DNA of 64,000 bases from contig CAWFFN010000007.1 of assembly GCA_963815115.1 (NCBI GenBank), positions 736,001 through 800,000 of the forward strand, written 5' to 3'. A program made the position numbers and the translations under genes. The notes beneath the pieces were generated by a model. That model saw nothing but the letters and a program-made list of their open reading frames with translations. It ran no database searches and was not told where the DNA came from. The DNA comes from an uncultured delta proteobacterium (GTDB lineage Bacteria > Desulfobacterota > Binatia > DP-6). Shown here piece after piece: positions 38,570 to 49,406 of the stretch (positions are counted from its first letter, which is position 1; each line of letters opens with the position of its first letter).

Positions 38570-39870
38570 CACCCGCCTTCGACCGGCGCCCCGAGCCCGG
38601 CGAGCCTCGCGAAGAACCCCGGAAACGAGACGCCCACGCACTCCGGGTCCGCGATCTCGATGCCGCCCTCGGCCCGTAGCCCGGCCACGGCGAACGCCAT
38701 GGCGATGCGGTGGTCGCCAGCGGCGTCGATCCGGCCGCCGCGCAGCTGCCCGTCACCGAGGCCACGCAGGATGAGTCCATCCTGGGAGACCTGGATGGGC
38801 ACGCCGAGCGGCACCAGCTGCTCGAGGGCGGCGAGGCGATCGCTCTCCTTCACCCGCAGCTCGCCCGCGCCGCTGATGCGCGTCTCGCCCTCGGCGAGCG
38901 CGGCGGCGATCGCCAGGAGGGGCAGCTCGTCGATCGCCGCCGGCACCTCGTCCGCCGCGATGGTGGTGCCATGCAGGCGAGACGCGCGCACGACGAGATC
39001 GCCGCGCGGCTCACCGGCCTCGTCGTGCAGGCCCTCGACGCGCACATCGGCACCCATGCGCCGGAGGATATCGAGCGCACCGGTCCGTGTCGGATTGAGC
39101 CCGACGCCGCGCAGGCGGACCTCCGAGCCCGGGACCACGAGCGCCGCCACGACGAGGAACGCCGCCGACGACGGATCGCCGGGCACCGGGATCTCGGCGC
39201 CGCGCAGCCGCTGTCCCCCGCGGAGCGTCACCCTGCCCTCCGCACGCTCGACCTGCACGCCCATGTGACCGAGGAGGCGCTCCGTGTGGTCGCGGCTCGG
39301 AAGCGGCTCACGCACGCGGGTCTGGCCGCGCGCGCGCAGGCCGGCGAGCAGGACGGCCGACTTGAGCTGGGCACTGGCCACCGGGAGCGTCCACTCGATC
39401 CCGTCGAGCGTGCCGCCACGCACCCGGACCGGGGCACGGCCGTCCGTCGTCTCCACCCGGGCACCCATGGCACGCAGCGGCTCGGCGACGCGCTCCATCG
39501 GGCGGCGGCGCAACGAGGCATCGCCATCGAGCGTGCAGGACCCGGTGACTCCCGCGACCAGCCCCATGCCGAGGCGCATGGTGGTGCCGGAGTTGGCACA
39601 ATCGATCTCCACGTCGCGGCCTGCGCCCAGCTCGAGACCGGCGCCGGTGACGTGGACGGTCTCGCCCTCGCGCGACGCCCGGGCTCCCAGGCCGCGCACG
39701 GCCTCGAGGGTGGCCCGCACGTCGCCCCCGCCCGAGAAGCCCCGCACCACGCTCGGACCATCCGCGAGGGCACCGAGGAGCAGCGCGCGATGTCCGATCG
39801 ACTTGTCGCCCGGCACCGACGCGTCGCCCCGCAGCGGTCGGGCCGGCATCCCGACGCGCAGCCGACTCAT
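38569..39870 (-). CDS. aroA: EPSP synthase
   Basis: PGDKSIGHR, NSGTTMR, SAQLKSA, RDHTE, RVKESDR, DHRIAM. Confidence 0.96.
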   Translation of the reverse strand: MSRLRVGMPARPLRGDASVPGDKSIGHRALLLGALADGPSVVRGFSGGGDVRATLEAVRGLGARASREGETVHVTGAGLELGAGRDVEIDCANSGTTMRLGMGLVAGVTGSCTLDGDASLRRRPMERVAEPLRAMGARVETTDGRAPVRVRGGTLDGIEWTLPVASAQLKSAVLLAGLRARGQTRVREPLPSRDHTERLLGHMGVQVERAEGRVTLRGGQRLRGAEIPVPGDPSSAAFLVVAALVVPGSEVRLRGVGLNPTRTGALDILRRMGADVRVEGLHDEAGEPRGDLVVRASRLHGTTIAADEVPAAIDELPLLAIAAALAEGETRISGAGELRVKESDRLAALEQLVPLGVPIQVSQDGLILRGLGDGQLRGGRIDAAGDHRIAMAFAVAGLRAEGGIEIADPECVGVSFPGFFARLAGLGAPVEGG

Positions 39871-40742
39871 CGCTCGTCTCCGCCGAGCACGCGGCGTGCG
39901 GCCCGTACCTTCGCGATCGCCGCCTCGAGTCCGGCCGCATCCCCCGAGGCCACGAGCTGCTCCAGGCGGTCGAGCGCAGTGCGAAACTCCGCCAGGGCCA
40001 CGCGCAGGGGGCCCGCGTTGGCCAGCGCGATGTCGCGCCACAGCTCGGGTGAGCTGGCGGCGATCCGCGTCGTATCGAGCAGCCCGCTCCCGGCATACCG
40101 GTCGATCGAGCGTCCCGCGGCGCTCGCCCCCGTCACCGCGTCGACGAGGGCGAAGGCGACCAGGTGCGGCAGGTGCGACACGCGCGCGAGGATCGCATCG
40201 TGCGCGGCGGCGTCCATCTCCTCGACGCGGGCCCCGACGCCCTCCCAGAGGCTGCGCACGGCGGCGAGTGCCCCTGCCTGCGTCGTCCTCGTGGGGGTCA
40301 GGATGCAGAGCCGGCCGCGAAAGAGATCCACACGCGCCGCGGACGCCCCGGCGGCCTCGCTGCCCGCGATGGGATGCGCACCGACCACCCGCCCCGGCTC
40401 GGGCCAGCGCGCCTCCAGCGCGTCGACCAGGCTGCTCTTCACGCTGCCGACGTCGGTGAGCACGGTGTGCGCTCCGACGTGGGGCCGGAAAGCATCCGCG
40501 AGCGCCGCGCAGCTCCCCACCGGCACCGCGAGCAGCACGGCATCGGCGCCGGCCGCGGCCGCCGCCGGGTCGCGCGCGACGCGGTCGACGATGCCGCGCT
40601 CGAGCGCGACCCGGAGATTGGCCTCGCTCCGGCCGAAGCCGACCACTTCCCCGACCAGGCCGGCCGCGCGCGCCCCCAGGGCCAGCGAGCCGCCGATGAG
40701 TCCCACGCCCGCGACCGTGAGACGGCCGAAGAGCGGGGTCAT
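39867..40742 (-). CDS. tyrA: Prephenate/arogenate dehydrogenase
   Basis: GVGLIGGS, TDVGSVK, HPIAGSE, SHLPHL, DTTRIA. Confidence 0.93.
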   Translation of the reverse strand: MTPLFGRLTVAGVGLIGGSLALGARAAGLVGEVVGFGRSEANLRVALERGIVDRVARDPAAAAAGADAVLLAVPVGSCAALADAFRPHVGAHTVLTDVGSVKSSLVDALEARWPEPGRVVGAHPIAGSEAAGASAARVDLFRGRLCILTPTRTTQAGALAAVRSLWEGVGARVEEMDAAAHDAILARVSHLPHLVAFALVDAVTGASAAGRSIDRYAGSGLLDTTRIAASSPELWRDIALANAGPLRVALAEFRTALDRLEQLVASGDAAGLEAAIAKVRAARRVLGGDER

Positions 40743-41845
40743 GCGCCCTCGCGCAGGACCGTCTCCAGCGCCTCGACGAACCGGGCGTTCTCCTCCGGCA
40801 GGCCGATGGTGACCCGCAGGTACTCGGGCAGTCCGTAGCCGTCCATCGGACGAACGATGACGCCTCGCCGCAGCAGCGCCTCGTAGACCGCGAGCCCGCG
40901 GCCGACGCGGACCAGGATGAAGTTCGCAGCGCTCGGCACGAAGGGCAGCTCGAGACGCCGGAAGGCCTCCGTCAGCAGGCGCATGCCCTCGCGGTTGACC
41001 GCGAGGGTCCGCCGGACGTGCTCGTCGTCCTCCAGCGCCGCCAGTGCGCCGACCAGCGCGAGCGCGTTCACGTTGAAGGGCTGGCGGATGCGCTGCATGG
41101 CTTCGATCACCGGCGCCGGAGCGACGGCATAGCCGATCCGGAGTCCCGCGAGGCCGTAGAGCTTCGAGAACGTCCGCAGCGTCACCACCGGCACCGTCCC
41201 GTCGCCGCGGAGCGCGACGGTGTCGGGATACTCCGGGTCCTCGACGTAGTCGGCGTAGGCATCGTCGGCCACGACCAGGAGCTGGCGCGGCGGGAGCGCG
41301 CGCAGGAAGGCCTCCCAGGCTGCGCGCCGGAAGATCGTTCCCGTCGGGTTGTTCGGATTGGCCAGGAACACGAGCCGCGTCCGGGGCGTGACCGCCTCCG
41401 CCATGGCGTCCAAGTCGTGGGTGAAGTTGCGCAGCGGGATCACGCGCGGCGTCGCCGCGACCGCCTGCACGACCATGCGGTAGATCACGAACGCCTGGTC
41501 GGCCATGACTGCCTCGTCGCGCGGCCGCAGGAAGGTGCGGACGATGAGCTCGATGATCTCGTTGGAGCCGTTGCCGACCAGGATGTCGTCCGGCGACACC
41601 CCGTGGCGCTCGGCCAGGCGGCGGCGGAGATAGAACGCCGAGCCGTCCGGGTAGAGATGGACCGTCCGCAGCGCCTCGGCCACGGCCGCCATGGCCTTGG
41701 GCGACGGGCCGAGCGGGTTCTCGTTCGAGGCGAGCTTGATGGAGCCGGAGATGCCGAGCTCGCGCTCGACCTCCTCGATCGGCTTCCCCGGCGGATACGG
41801 CGTGAGGGTCCGGATCCACTCCGGCACCAGATGTCGGATGTCCAT
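40739..41845 (-). CDS. hisC: Histidinol-phosphate/aromatic aminotransferase
   Basis: KLASNENP, GNGSNE, NPNNPTG, RTFSKLYGLAGLRIGY. Confidence 0.93.
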   Translation of the reverse strand: MDIRHLVPEWIRTLTPYPPGKPIEEVERELGISGSIKLASNENPLGPSPKAMAAVAEALRTVHLYPDGSAFYLRRRLAERHGVSPDDILVGNGSNEIIELIVRTFLRPRDEAVMADQAFVIYRMVVQAVAATPRVIPLRNFTHDLDAMAEAVTPRTRLVFLANPNNPTGTIFRRAAWEAFLRALPPRQLLVVADDAYADYVEDPEYPDTVALRGDGTVPVVTLRTFSKLYGLAGLRIGYAVAPAPVIEAMQRIRQPFNVNALALVGALAALEDDEHVRRTLAVNREGMRLLTEAFRRLELPFVPSAANFILVRVGRGLAVYEALLRRGVIVRPMDGYGLPEYLRVTIGLPEENARFVEALETVLREGA

Positions 41846-42939
41846 CACGGCTCCGGATCGGGCGCCGCAGCGTACGAGCCGAGGACCTTCAGGCGCAGCG
41901 TGCGGCGTTTGACGGCGGCGAGCGCCCGCGCCACCCGCGGTTCGCGGCGATGTCCCTTCAGGTCGAGGAAGAAGTAGTACTCCCACGGCCGCTCACGCAG
42001 CGGGCGCGACTCGATCTTGATCAGGTCGACGCGATGCGCCGCGAACGGCCGCAGCATGCGGGCCAGCACGCCGACCTCGTCACGCACGCTCACCACCAGC
42101 GAGGTCTTGTCGTCGCCGCTCGGCTCCCCGCTGTCGTGTCCCGCGAGCACCAGGAAGCGGGTGACGTTGCCGCGCTCGTCCTGGATGTCGCGGGCCAGCA
42201 CGGCGAGACGATAGGTCGCGGCCGCCTCGGCGGCCGCGATGGCCCCGGTGCCCGGCTCCTCCCGGGCGCGGGCCGCCGCGCGCGCGTTGCTCGATTCCTC
42301 CTGCGTGGGCACGCCCGGGCAGTGGGCCGCGAGCCACTGCCGGCACTGCGCCAGCGCCTGCGGGTGCGCCACGATTCGGCGGAGGGCACCGAGTGCCGTG
42401 CCCGGCTGCGCGAGCAGACAGTGGTGCACCGCGAGGGCGAGCTCGGCGCAGATCGAGAGCGGCGACTCGACCAGGAGGTCGAGCGTGCGCGCCACCATGC
42501 CCTCGGTGGAGTTCTCCACCGGCACCACGCCGAGATCGGCGCGTCCGCCCTCGACGTCGCGGAAGACGTCGGCCACCGTGGGCGACGACACGTAGTCGGG
42601 CGACGCGCCGAAGTGCCGCCGCGCCGCCAGGTGCGAGTAGGTCGCCTCCGGGCCGAGATAGGCGATCCGCAGCTGCTGCTCGAGGCCGCGGCACGCCGAG
42701 ATGATCTCCCCGAAGATCGCGCGCACGTGTGGCGCCTCCAGCGGACCGCCGTTGCCTCGCGCAAGACGCTTGAGCACGGAGTGCTCTCGATCGGGTACGT
42801 AGACCGCCGCCTTCTGGCGTTGCTTGTGCTCGGCGACGGCGAGCACCAACTTGGCGCGCCGGTTGAGCAGCCGCAGCAGCTGATCGTCGATGCGATCGAT
42901 ACGACGGCGGATCGTGGGGAGCGAGGCCGGACCGGGCAT
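41845..42939 (-). CDS. pheA: Chorismate mutase-prephenate dehydratase
   Basis: RRRIDRID CM domain, YLGPEATYS, PVENSTEG, NVTRF, KIESRP. Confidence 0.95.
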   Translation of the reverse strand: MPGPASLPTIRRRIDRIDDQLLRLLNRRAKLVLAVAEHKQRQKAAVYVPDREHSVLKRLARGNGGPLEAPHVRAIFGEIISACRGLEQQLRIAYLGPEATYSHLAARRHFGASPDYVSSPTVADVFRDVEGGRADLGVVPVENSTEGMVARTLDLLVESPLSICAELALAVHHCLLAQPGTALGALRRIVAHPQALAQCRQWLAAHCPGVPTQEESSNARAAARAREEPGTGAIAAAEAAATYRLAVLARDIQDERGNVTRFLVLAGHDSGEPSGDDKTSLVVSVRDEVGVLARMLRPFAAHRVDLIKIESRPLRERPWEYYFFLDLKGHRREPRVARALAAVKRRTLRLKVLGSYAAAPDPEP

Positions 42940-42999
42940 GTGATGAACCGTCGCGGCTCTACCGTGGGTGCCCCCCTTTTGCAACGCGCGGCACCTCCG

Positions 43000-43938
43000 T
43001 CACGCCGGCGGACGCACACCCTGCGCGAGGAACGCCCGCGCCTCCGCCAGCACCCGCTCCCGATCGGCCACGGGATGTCGCCACACCACGCCGGGCTCGG
43101 CGCGGAACCAGGTGCGCTGCCGCTTGGCGAAGCGCCGCGTGCTGAGCACCGTGGCGGCGAGGGCGTGCGCCAGGTCGCACGCACCCTCCACGTACGCCCG
43201 CATCTCGCGATAGCCGACGCTCGCCCAGGCGGGTGCGCTCTCGGGTACGCGCGCCCGGAGCGTGGACACCTCGTCGGCGAAACCCGCCGCGATCATGTCC
43301 CGGGCGCGCCGGGCGATGCGTGCGTCGAGCTCCGCCACCGGCAGCCCGAGCCCCACGACGAGGGCATCGTACGGCGCCTCCGCGAAGGCGTGCTCGGCCT
43401 GCCAGGCGGACAGCCGGCGGCCGCTCGCGAAGGCCACCTCGAGGGCGCGTACCAGCCGGACCTCGTCGCGCGGGCGGATGCGTGCCGCCGCCGCCGGGTC
43501 GATGCGCGCGAGCGAGCGATGCAGCTCCGCCACGCCGCAGCGAGCCGCCAGCGCGCGCAGCGCCGCGCGGACGGCCGGCACGCGCGGGGGCGCAGGGCAG
43601 AGTCCGCGCAGGAGGACGCGCACCCAGAGCCCGGTGCCGCCGACGACGAGTCCGGTCCGGCCGCGAGCGGCGATCTCGCCGAGCGCGGCGCCCGCGGCGG
43701 TCCGGAAGCGCGCCACGTCGAACGTCTCCTCGGGATCGACCAGGTCGAGACAATGGTGGGGGATCCGCCGGCGCTCGGCGGCCGTCGGCTTGGCGGTCCC
43801 GACGTCGAGGGAGCGGTACACCTGGCGGGAGTCGGCCGAGACGATCTCCGCGCCCAGGGCCTCGGCCAGGTCGAGGGCAAGCGCCGTCTTGCCGGACGCG
43901 GTCGGGCCCACCAGGCACACGACGCGCGACGGGGTCAT
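43000..43938 (-). CDS. miaA: tRNA dimethylallyltransferase
   Basis: GPTASGKT, SADSRQVY, GTAKP, VGGTGL, AKRQRTWF. Confidence 0.95.
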   Translation of the reverse strand: MTPSRVVCLVGPTASGKTALALDLAEALGAEIVSADSRQVYRSLDVGTAKPTAAERRRIPHHCLDLVDPEETFDVARFRTAAGAALGEIAARGRTGLVVGGTGLWVRVLLRGLCPAPPRVPAVRAALRALAARCGVAELHRSLARIDPAAAARIRPRDEVRLVRALEVAFASGRRLSAWQAEHAFAEAPYDALVVGLGLPVAELDARIARRARDMIAAGFADEVSTLRARVPESAPAWASVGYREMRAYVEGACDLAHALAATVLSTRRFAKRQRTWFRAEPGVVWRHPVADRERVLAEARAFLAQGVRPPA

Positions 43939-45701
43939 CGGCCGAAGAGCGACTCGAGGCGCGCGCGCGACAGCTCGACGGCGACCGGACGGCCGTGGGG
44001 GCAGTGTGCGTTGATGTCGATGGTGTCCATCGACTGGAGGAGCGCCCGCACCTGCTCGGGGCCGAGGCGCTGGCCGACCCGCACGGCGCTGTGGCAGGCG
44101 AGCGTCGCCAGGACTGCGTCCGCGGCGCGGCCGGCCGCGAGGCTCGCCCCGTCCTCCACCAGCTCGGCGGCGAGCGCGCGCAGCAGCGCTCCGACGTCCT
44201 GCCCGCGCAGCAGCCGGGGCACGGTGCGCAGCAGGAACGTGCCGTCACCGAAGGGCTCCCCCTCGAGACCGGCAGCCGAAAGGGTGGGCTCGTGCTCGGC
44301 CAGCGCCGCGACCTGCACCGCCGGCAAGGCGACCGTCTCCGGCACCAGGAGGGCGTCCCGCGCCACGGCCCCGGCGGCGTGCTCTGCCCGCAGGCGCTCG
44401 AAGCGGACGCGCTCGTGCGCCGCGTGCTGGTCGATCAGCACGACGCGCTCGGTGCCCTCGCACAGAAGGTATCCGTCCAGCACCTGGCCGATGAAGCGCA
44501 GCCCCGCGAAGCCCTCCGGCACGGGATGCCAGAGGGTCGCCTGCTCCGCAGGCGGTGGCGGCGCCGGAGACGCCTCGGTCGGAACCAGCCGGATGCCGCC
44601 TGCCAGCGGCCGGCTCACGTAGGCCGGTGGCCGCTCCGCGACTCCCGCGGGCGGGGACATCCCCGCCGCCACACCGGGGCCGAGGGCCGCGGCGAGCCGG
44701 CTGCGCAGCGCCGTCACGATGAGCTGGTGCACGGCCTGCGGCCGCCGGAAGCGGACCTCGAGCTTCGCCGGATGCACGTTCACGTCGAGCTCGCCGGGCG
44801 CGGTGGAGAGGAACACCATCGCCACGGGGTACCGCCCCCGCATGAGGAGCGACTCGTAGCCGTCCAGGACGGCCCGGAGGAGGAGCCGGTCGCGCACCCA
44901 GCGCCGCGCCGACGGCCCGCCGCCCTGCGCCTCGAGGCTGACGAACGTCCACACCAGCCGCGTGGTGGAGAGCGACTCGCGCGGCGGCCCCAGGAACGCC
45001 GACAGCGAGAGGCCGCCCGACGAGGCCTCGCACTCGATCATCGCCGCGGCTCGCTCGTGCCCCAGCACCTGCGCCAGGCGCTCGCGCAGTCCGCGCACCG
45101 GCGGATACGCGATCACCTCGCGGCCGTCGTGCTCGAGACGAAAGCCGGTCTCCGGCCACGCCACCGCGAGCCGCGTGAGCAGGTCGACCACGTGCCCGAC
45201 CTCCGTCGAGGTGGTGCGCAGGAACTTGCGCCGCGCGGGCGTGGTCGCGAACAGCTCGCGGACCTCGACCACCGTGCCGATCGAGCCGGCCGCGGGACCC
45301 GCACCGCGCGCGCCCTCGGCGTCGGCCTCGACCGCGACCGCCGTCTCGTCGTCCGCTCGCCGCGTCACCAGCCGCATCGCGCCCGCGGCCGCGATGCTCG
45401 GCAGCGCCTCGCCCCGGAAGCCGAGCGTCGTCACCGCGGCCAGCTCCTCCGCCTGCCTGAGCTTGCTCGTGGCGTGGCGCGCGAAGGCGAGGAGCGCGTC
45501 GTCCGGCGCCAGGCCGGCGCCATCGTCGCGCACCGTGATGCGGTCGATGCCGCCCTGCACGAGGCTGACGTCGATGTGCCGTGCGCCGGCGTCGAGCGCG
45601 TTCTCGACCAGCTCCTTCACCACCGAGGCCGGACGCTCGATCACCTCGCCCGCGGCGATCTGCCCCTGCACGCTCGGGGGCAGTATGGCGACCTTCCCCA
45701 C
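43935..45701 (-). CDS. mutL: DNA mismatch repair endonuclease MutL
   Basis: IAAGEVIERPASVVKELVEN, GFRGEAL, DQHAAHER, CPHGRP. Confidence 0.96.
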   Translation of the reverse strand: MGKVAILPPSVQGQIAAGEVIERPASVVKELVENALDAGARHIDVSLVQGGIDRITVRDDGAGLAPDDALLAFARHATSKLRQAEELAAVTTLGFRGEALPSIAAAGAMRLVTRRADDETAVAVEADAEGARGAGPAAGSIGTVVEVRELFATTPARRKFLRTTSTEVGHVVDLLTRLAVAWPETGFRLEHDGREVIAYPPVRGLRERLAQVLGHERAAAMIECEASSGGLSLSAFLGPPRESLSTTRLVWTFVSLEAQGGGPSARRWVRDRLLLRAVLDGYESLLMRGRYPVAMVFLSTAPGELDVNVHPAKLEVRFRRPQAVHQLIVTALRSRLAAALGPGVAAGMSPPAGVAERPPAYVSRPLAGGIRLVPTEASPAPPPPAEQATLWHPVPEGFAGLRFIGQVLDGYLLCEGTERVVLIDQHAAHERVRFERLRAEHAAGAVARDALLVPETVALPAVQVAALAEHEPTLSAAGLEGEPFGDGTFLLRTVPRLLRGQDVGALLRALAAELVEDGASLAAGRAADAVLATLACHSAVRVGQRLGPEQVRALLQSMDTIDINAHCPHGRPVAVELSRARLESLFGR

Positions 45702-45716
45702 GCGTTCCGCTCCGGC

Positions 45717-47090
45717 TCAGATGATGAAGCGCGGATCCTTTCCCGCGACCCAGGCCTCGACCTCGGCGCGGCGCGACTCGAATCCGGGCCGCCCGAGAAG
45801 CCCGAAGGTGAACTCCTTCGCCTCCTCGACCGCCGGCTGACCGAAGGGATCGATCCCGGCGAGCCAGCCGGTGCTGACGGTCGCCATCTCGAGCAGGTAG
45901 ATCAGCTGCCCGACCGTGAAGGGGTTGACGGCCGGCAGGACGAGCGTCGCGCTCGGCCGGCCGCGCCGCGCCAGGGCCAGCTCGGTGGCGTGCTGCGAGC
46001 CGTTGAGCAACGCGCCCAGCGAGTTGCCTCCGAGGCAGCCGACCTCCTCGATGTCCTGGAAGGCTGCCGGGATGTCGAGGGGCTCGCCGTGATCCTCGAC
46101 CCGGAGAAAGAGGACGACCTTGTCGCGCGGGCCCTCGAGGTAGAGCTGGAGCTGCGAGTGCTGGTCGGCGCTGCCGCGCGCCCGCACCGCCGTCTGCCCG
46201 TGCTCGACGATGCGACCGTCGCGATCCACCGCCTTGCCGAGGCTCTCGCCCCACAGCTGACAGAACCAGTCGCCCGCGGCCGCCAGGCGCTCGGCGTAGG
46301 TCATCAGGACGACGATGTGCTTCGCCCGCTTGCTCGCGAGCAGGCGGAACGTGCCTGCCAGCGCCAGCGCGGGATCACCGAGGGGCGATTCCGCGGCCCG
46401 CATCCGCTCGTCCATCATGGCCGCACCCGCGAGGAGCTCCTCGACGTCGACGCCGGCGGCGGCGGCCGGGAAAAGGCCCACCGCGGTGAGCGCCGAGAAG
46501 CGCCCGTCGACGTCGGGCGGGACCGTGAGCGCCTGGAAGCCCTCGTCGTTCACGATCTGGCGCAGCGACCCGCGCTGCGCCTCGGTGGTGACGATGATGT
46601 GATCCTTGTAGTCGACGGCGCCGAACTCGCGCATCAGGCGATCTCGCACGATCAGGAACCGCGCCATGGTCTCCGCGGTGTCACCCGATTTGCTCACGAC
46701 GTTGAACAGCGTGCGCTGCAGATCGAGCGACGCGAGGAGCGAGCGCAGCGCGCCCGGATCGATCGAGTCGGACACGACGACGCGCAGGCCGTCGCGATTC
46801 CCGAGTGCCTGGTGCAAGGCGTGGGCGCCGAGCGCGGAGCCCCCGATCCCCAGCACCACCAGGGTGTCGAAGCGGTCGCGTGCCGCCGCCCCGGCGCGCA
46901 CGATGCCCTGCAGGTCGGCCCGCCGGTACGGAAGGTCGGCGAAGACGAGACCGCCCCGTGCGCGCCGCTCGGTGAGCGCGCGACGAGCCTGGTCCAGCTC
47001 GGGCGCGAGTGCTTCCAGCTCCTCCGGCGCGACTCCCTGGGCACCCACCGTCCCCGCCAGCAAGCCATTCAGGTCGAGCCGGACCGTCAT
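45717..47090 (-). CDS. pgi: Glucose-6-phosphate isomerase
   Basis: [37 protein letters not shown]. Confidence 0.92.
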   Translation of the reverse strand: MTVRLDLNGLLAGTVGAQGVAPEELEALAPELDQARRALTERRARGGLVFADLPYRRADLQGIVRAGAAARDRFDTLVVLGIGGSALGAHALHQALGNRDGLRVVVSDSIDPGALRSLLASLDLQRTLFNVVSKSGDTAETMARFLIVRDRLMREFGAVDYKDHIIVTTEAQRGSLRQIVNDEGFQALTVPPDVDGRFSALTAVGLFPAAAAGVDVEELLAGAAMMDERMRAAESPLGDPALALAGTFRLLASKRAKHIVVLMTYAERLAAAGDWFCQLWGESLGKAVDRDGRIVEHGQTAVRARGSADQHSQLQLYLEGPRDKVVLFLRVEDHGEPLDIPAAFQDIEEVGCLGGNSLGALLNGSQHATELALARRGRPSATLVLPAVNPFTVGQLIYLLEMATVSTGWLAGIDPFGQPAVEEAKEFTFGLLGRPGFESRRAEVEAWVAGKDPRFII

Positions 47091-47210
47091 GGCCTCGCGC
47101 CAGCGACGGCGCCGATGATTCGGCATCCTTGGCCGGGGATGTAACCCGCGCCCCGGGGGCGGTCAAGGCGAGCGTTGGGGGCCCGGGTACTTCACGCTAT
47201 TCTCGGCGCC

Positions 47211-47693
47211 ATGGCTCTTGCCAAGCTCGCGCCGGACGCCGGTGCGCTGCGCGCCGCGCTGGCGGCCCGCCGCCACGAAGGTGCGCGGATCGTGTTCACC
47301 AATGGCTGCTTCGACCTCGTGCACGCGGGTCACGTGCGCTACCTCGAGGCCGCGCGCGCGCTCGGCGACGCCCTGGTGGTCGGGCTCAACGACGACGCCT
47401 CGGTGCGCCGGCTGAAGGGCCCCGGACGCCCCATCCTGCCGCTCGCCGAGCGCGCCGAGGTGCTGGCCGGTCTCGCCGCCGTCGACCACGTGATCGCGTT
47501 CGCCGACGACACCCCGCTCGCGCTCATCGAAGCCGTCGCGCCGGACGTGCTCGTCAAGGGCGCCGACTGGGCCGCCGGCGACATCGTCGGGCAAGAGCAG
47601 GTCCTCGCCCGCGGCGGACGCGTCGAGCGGATCGCCCTGGTCCCGGGCATCTCGACGAGCGAGCTCATCCGGCGCATCCGTACGCCGACCTGA
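47211..47693 (+). CDS. rfaE2: D-glycero-beta-D-manno-heptose 1-phosphate adenylyltransferase (stand-alone HldE domain II)
   Basis: [38 protein letters not shown]. Confidence 0.93.
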   Translation: MALAKLAPDAGALRAALAARRHEGARIVFTNGCFDLVHAGHVRYLEAARALGDALVVGLNDDASVRRLKGPGRPILPLAERAEVLAGLAAVDHVIAFADDTPLALIEAVAPDVLVKGADWAAGDIVGQEQVLARGGRVERIALVPGISTSELIRRIRTPT

Positions 47694-47743
47694 AACGGCG
47701 GCGGTTGCCAGCTCCGCCATGCCGTGGTACCTCCCCCGCCCTT

Positions 47744-47935
47744 ATGGCGCGCGCATGTGAGGTCTGCGGCAAGCAGCGCTCGGTCGGCCACCACGTGAGC
47801 CACGCGAACAACAAGACGAAGCGCGTGTGGCGCCCGAACCTCCAGCGCGTCCACGCCCGCGTCGGCGGCGCCGGCAAGCACCTCCTGGTCTGCACCCGCT
47901 GCCTGCGCAGCGGGAAGATCGCCAAAGCGGTCTGA
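47744..47935 (+). CDS. rpmB: 50S ribosomal protein L28
   Basis: [10 protein letters not shown]...[17 protein letters not shown]...[10 protein letters not shown]. Confidence 0.96.
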   Translation: MARACEVCGKQRSVGHHVSHANNKTKRVWRPNLQRVHARVGGAGKHLLVCTRCLRSGKIAKAV

Positions 47936-48000
47936 CGGCTCGATGGCCTGAGGGGCGCGCCACCAGGTGCCGCCTCCGGCAGCGCATCGGGTCGAGCGTG

Positions 48001-48663
48001 TCATCGGTGCGTCCTCCGAGGACCCTCGTCGAAATCCAGTCGCCCGTAGCGCCTCCAGCCCACTCGCGCGAGCCAGGTGTGGGCTGCCTGCACCGGCGCC
48101 GTTCCTGGCGCACGTGGCGGCGGCGTCTGCCAACCCTCGAACCACGCCGCGGACGATCGCGGATCGAGTCCGCGGGCGCCAGGTGCGTGTTTCTTCCAGT
48201 TCTGCAACACGTAGACGAGCGCTCGGCGAACCTCCAAGGGCGTCCGGAGTCGCCGCGCATGGTACCGATCACCCCAGACGGCTCCATGTCGCCTCAGCGC
48301 ACGGTTCACGGCCCTCGCCACACGGACCGCGAGTCCCTGGCAACCGCGCGCAAGACTCGCCGCACACTCGGCCTCCACGAGGAGATGGACGTGGTCGGCC
48401 TGCACGCTCCAGTGCAGCACGCGGAAGGTGCACCGCGAGGCAGCAGCGAGGGCCTCGCGCACCGCGCCGAAGATGCGAGCCTCGCGAAGCGAGAGGATGC
48501 CGCTGGCCGCACGGAGGGTGACGTGCACCGGGACGTGGCGATCATGGGGCGCACGGCGGCGATGCGGCACGGCAAGGCGGCCAGGTGCCCGGGGCCGACC
48601 CGCGCCCCGCCGACGACCGCCCCAGGAGCGGAAGACAAGGCTGCTCTGCAACGCCTGGGCCAT
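48001..48663 (-). mobile_element. REP-associated tyrosine transposase (RAYT / TnpA-REP, HUH Y1)
   Basis: WGGRRRGAGR N-terminus, HVTLR, DHVHLLVE (HUH), WGDRYH, YVLQN (catalytic Tyr), DPRSSAAWFEGW; no tnpB. Confidence 0.88.
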
Positions 48664-48679
48664 CTTGAATCGGGCATAG

Positions 48680-48706
48680 ATTATATCAAGCTGGCTGGTA
48701 AGTCAA
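48680..48706 (-). promoter_or_regulatory. Extended -10 promoter of the RAYT
   Basis: TG-A-TATAAT 16 nt upstream of the ATG, with TTGACT 15 nt further upstream. Confidence 0.6.
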
Positions 48707-49039
48707 CACGGCAGCGATCGAGACCGGACAGGCGCCTCACGGACGTCCGGGACACTCGTTTCCGTTGACCACCGCGCACACCCCGGCACGAAAGGAACGC
48801 AAGCCGCCGGCTTTCCTGCGCGTCGTGCCGCAACGACCCGCCCGCCTCGCCGGCGGTTTCACCCGCCGTTCCGGTGCGTACACATGCTAGACATCGCAGC
48901 AATTGTCTTGCTCCGACGACAGCGCATCACCCCAAGGTGGCCAAGGTTTAGCACGGCACGAGGCACATCCGATTCCCCTGCTCGCCGCGGTCGCGGTCGC
49001 CGCCGTCGCGTCCTCGGCGGTCACAACGCCGCGCTGCGA

Positions 49040-49369
49040 GAAGCCCTGCAAGGCCGAGACCGCTCCGATCCGCTCGGCACCAACCCGTCCCACATCCAGC
49101 AGGGCTTCTCGATCGATACGCTCCGTCTCAGCCTGCGGCAGGTCACGCGATTGACAGGCGGGCCGGCACACTGCGGCGGGACTGCTGCCGGATTCTGGGA
49201 CGACATTCTCGGCCTCCAGGATCCAGTAACCGACACCATCGTGTTTCAGGCTGCCTGGGGGGCCTTCGAGAAAGTGCCCTTCGGCGGCCAGCTCTTCGCG
49301 ATCCTCCCCGACGGCTCGGTGACGTGGAGCTGCCCGGGCCCATTCGGCTATTCGGCGCCGTCGCGGTAG
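49040..49369 (+). pseudogene. Probable remnant of a TolB/PD40-like beta-propeller repeat protein
   Basis: Two related units, SDPLGTNPSHIQQGFSIDTL..LRQVT and ..PFGGQLFAILPDG; no credible start or signal peptide. Confidence 0.4.
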
Positions 49370-49406
49370 CCGGCAGAGTCGCGGCGCGCCGCCCGACGCA
49401 GACCCC

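Noticed and set aside
43233-47144. Very long alternative ORFs (1303 aa here; also 8343-11396, 55169-59329, 35283-38147 and others)
   Set aside because: These are antisense shadows of real genes, caused by stop-codon scarcity in high-GC DNA, and carry no recognisable motifs.
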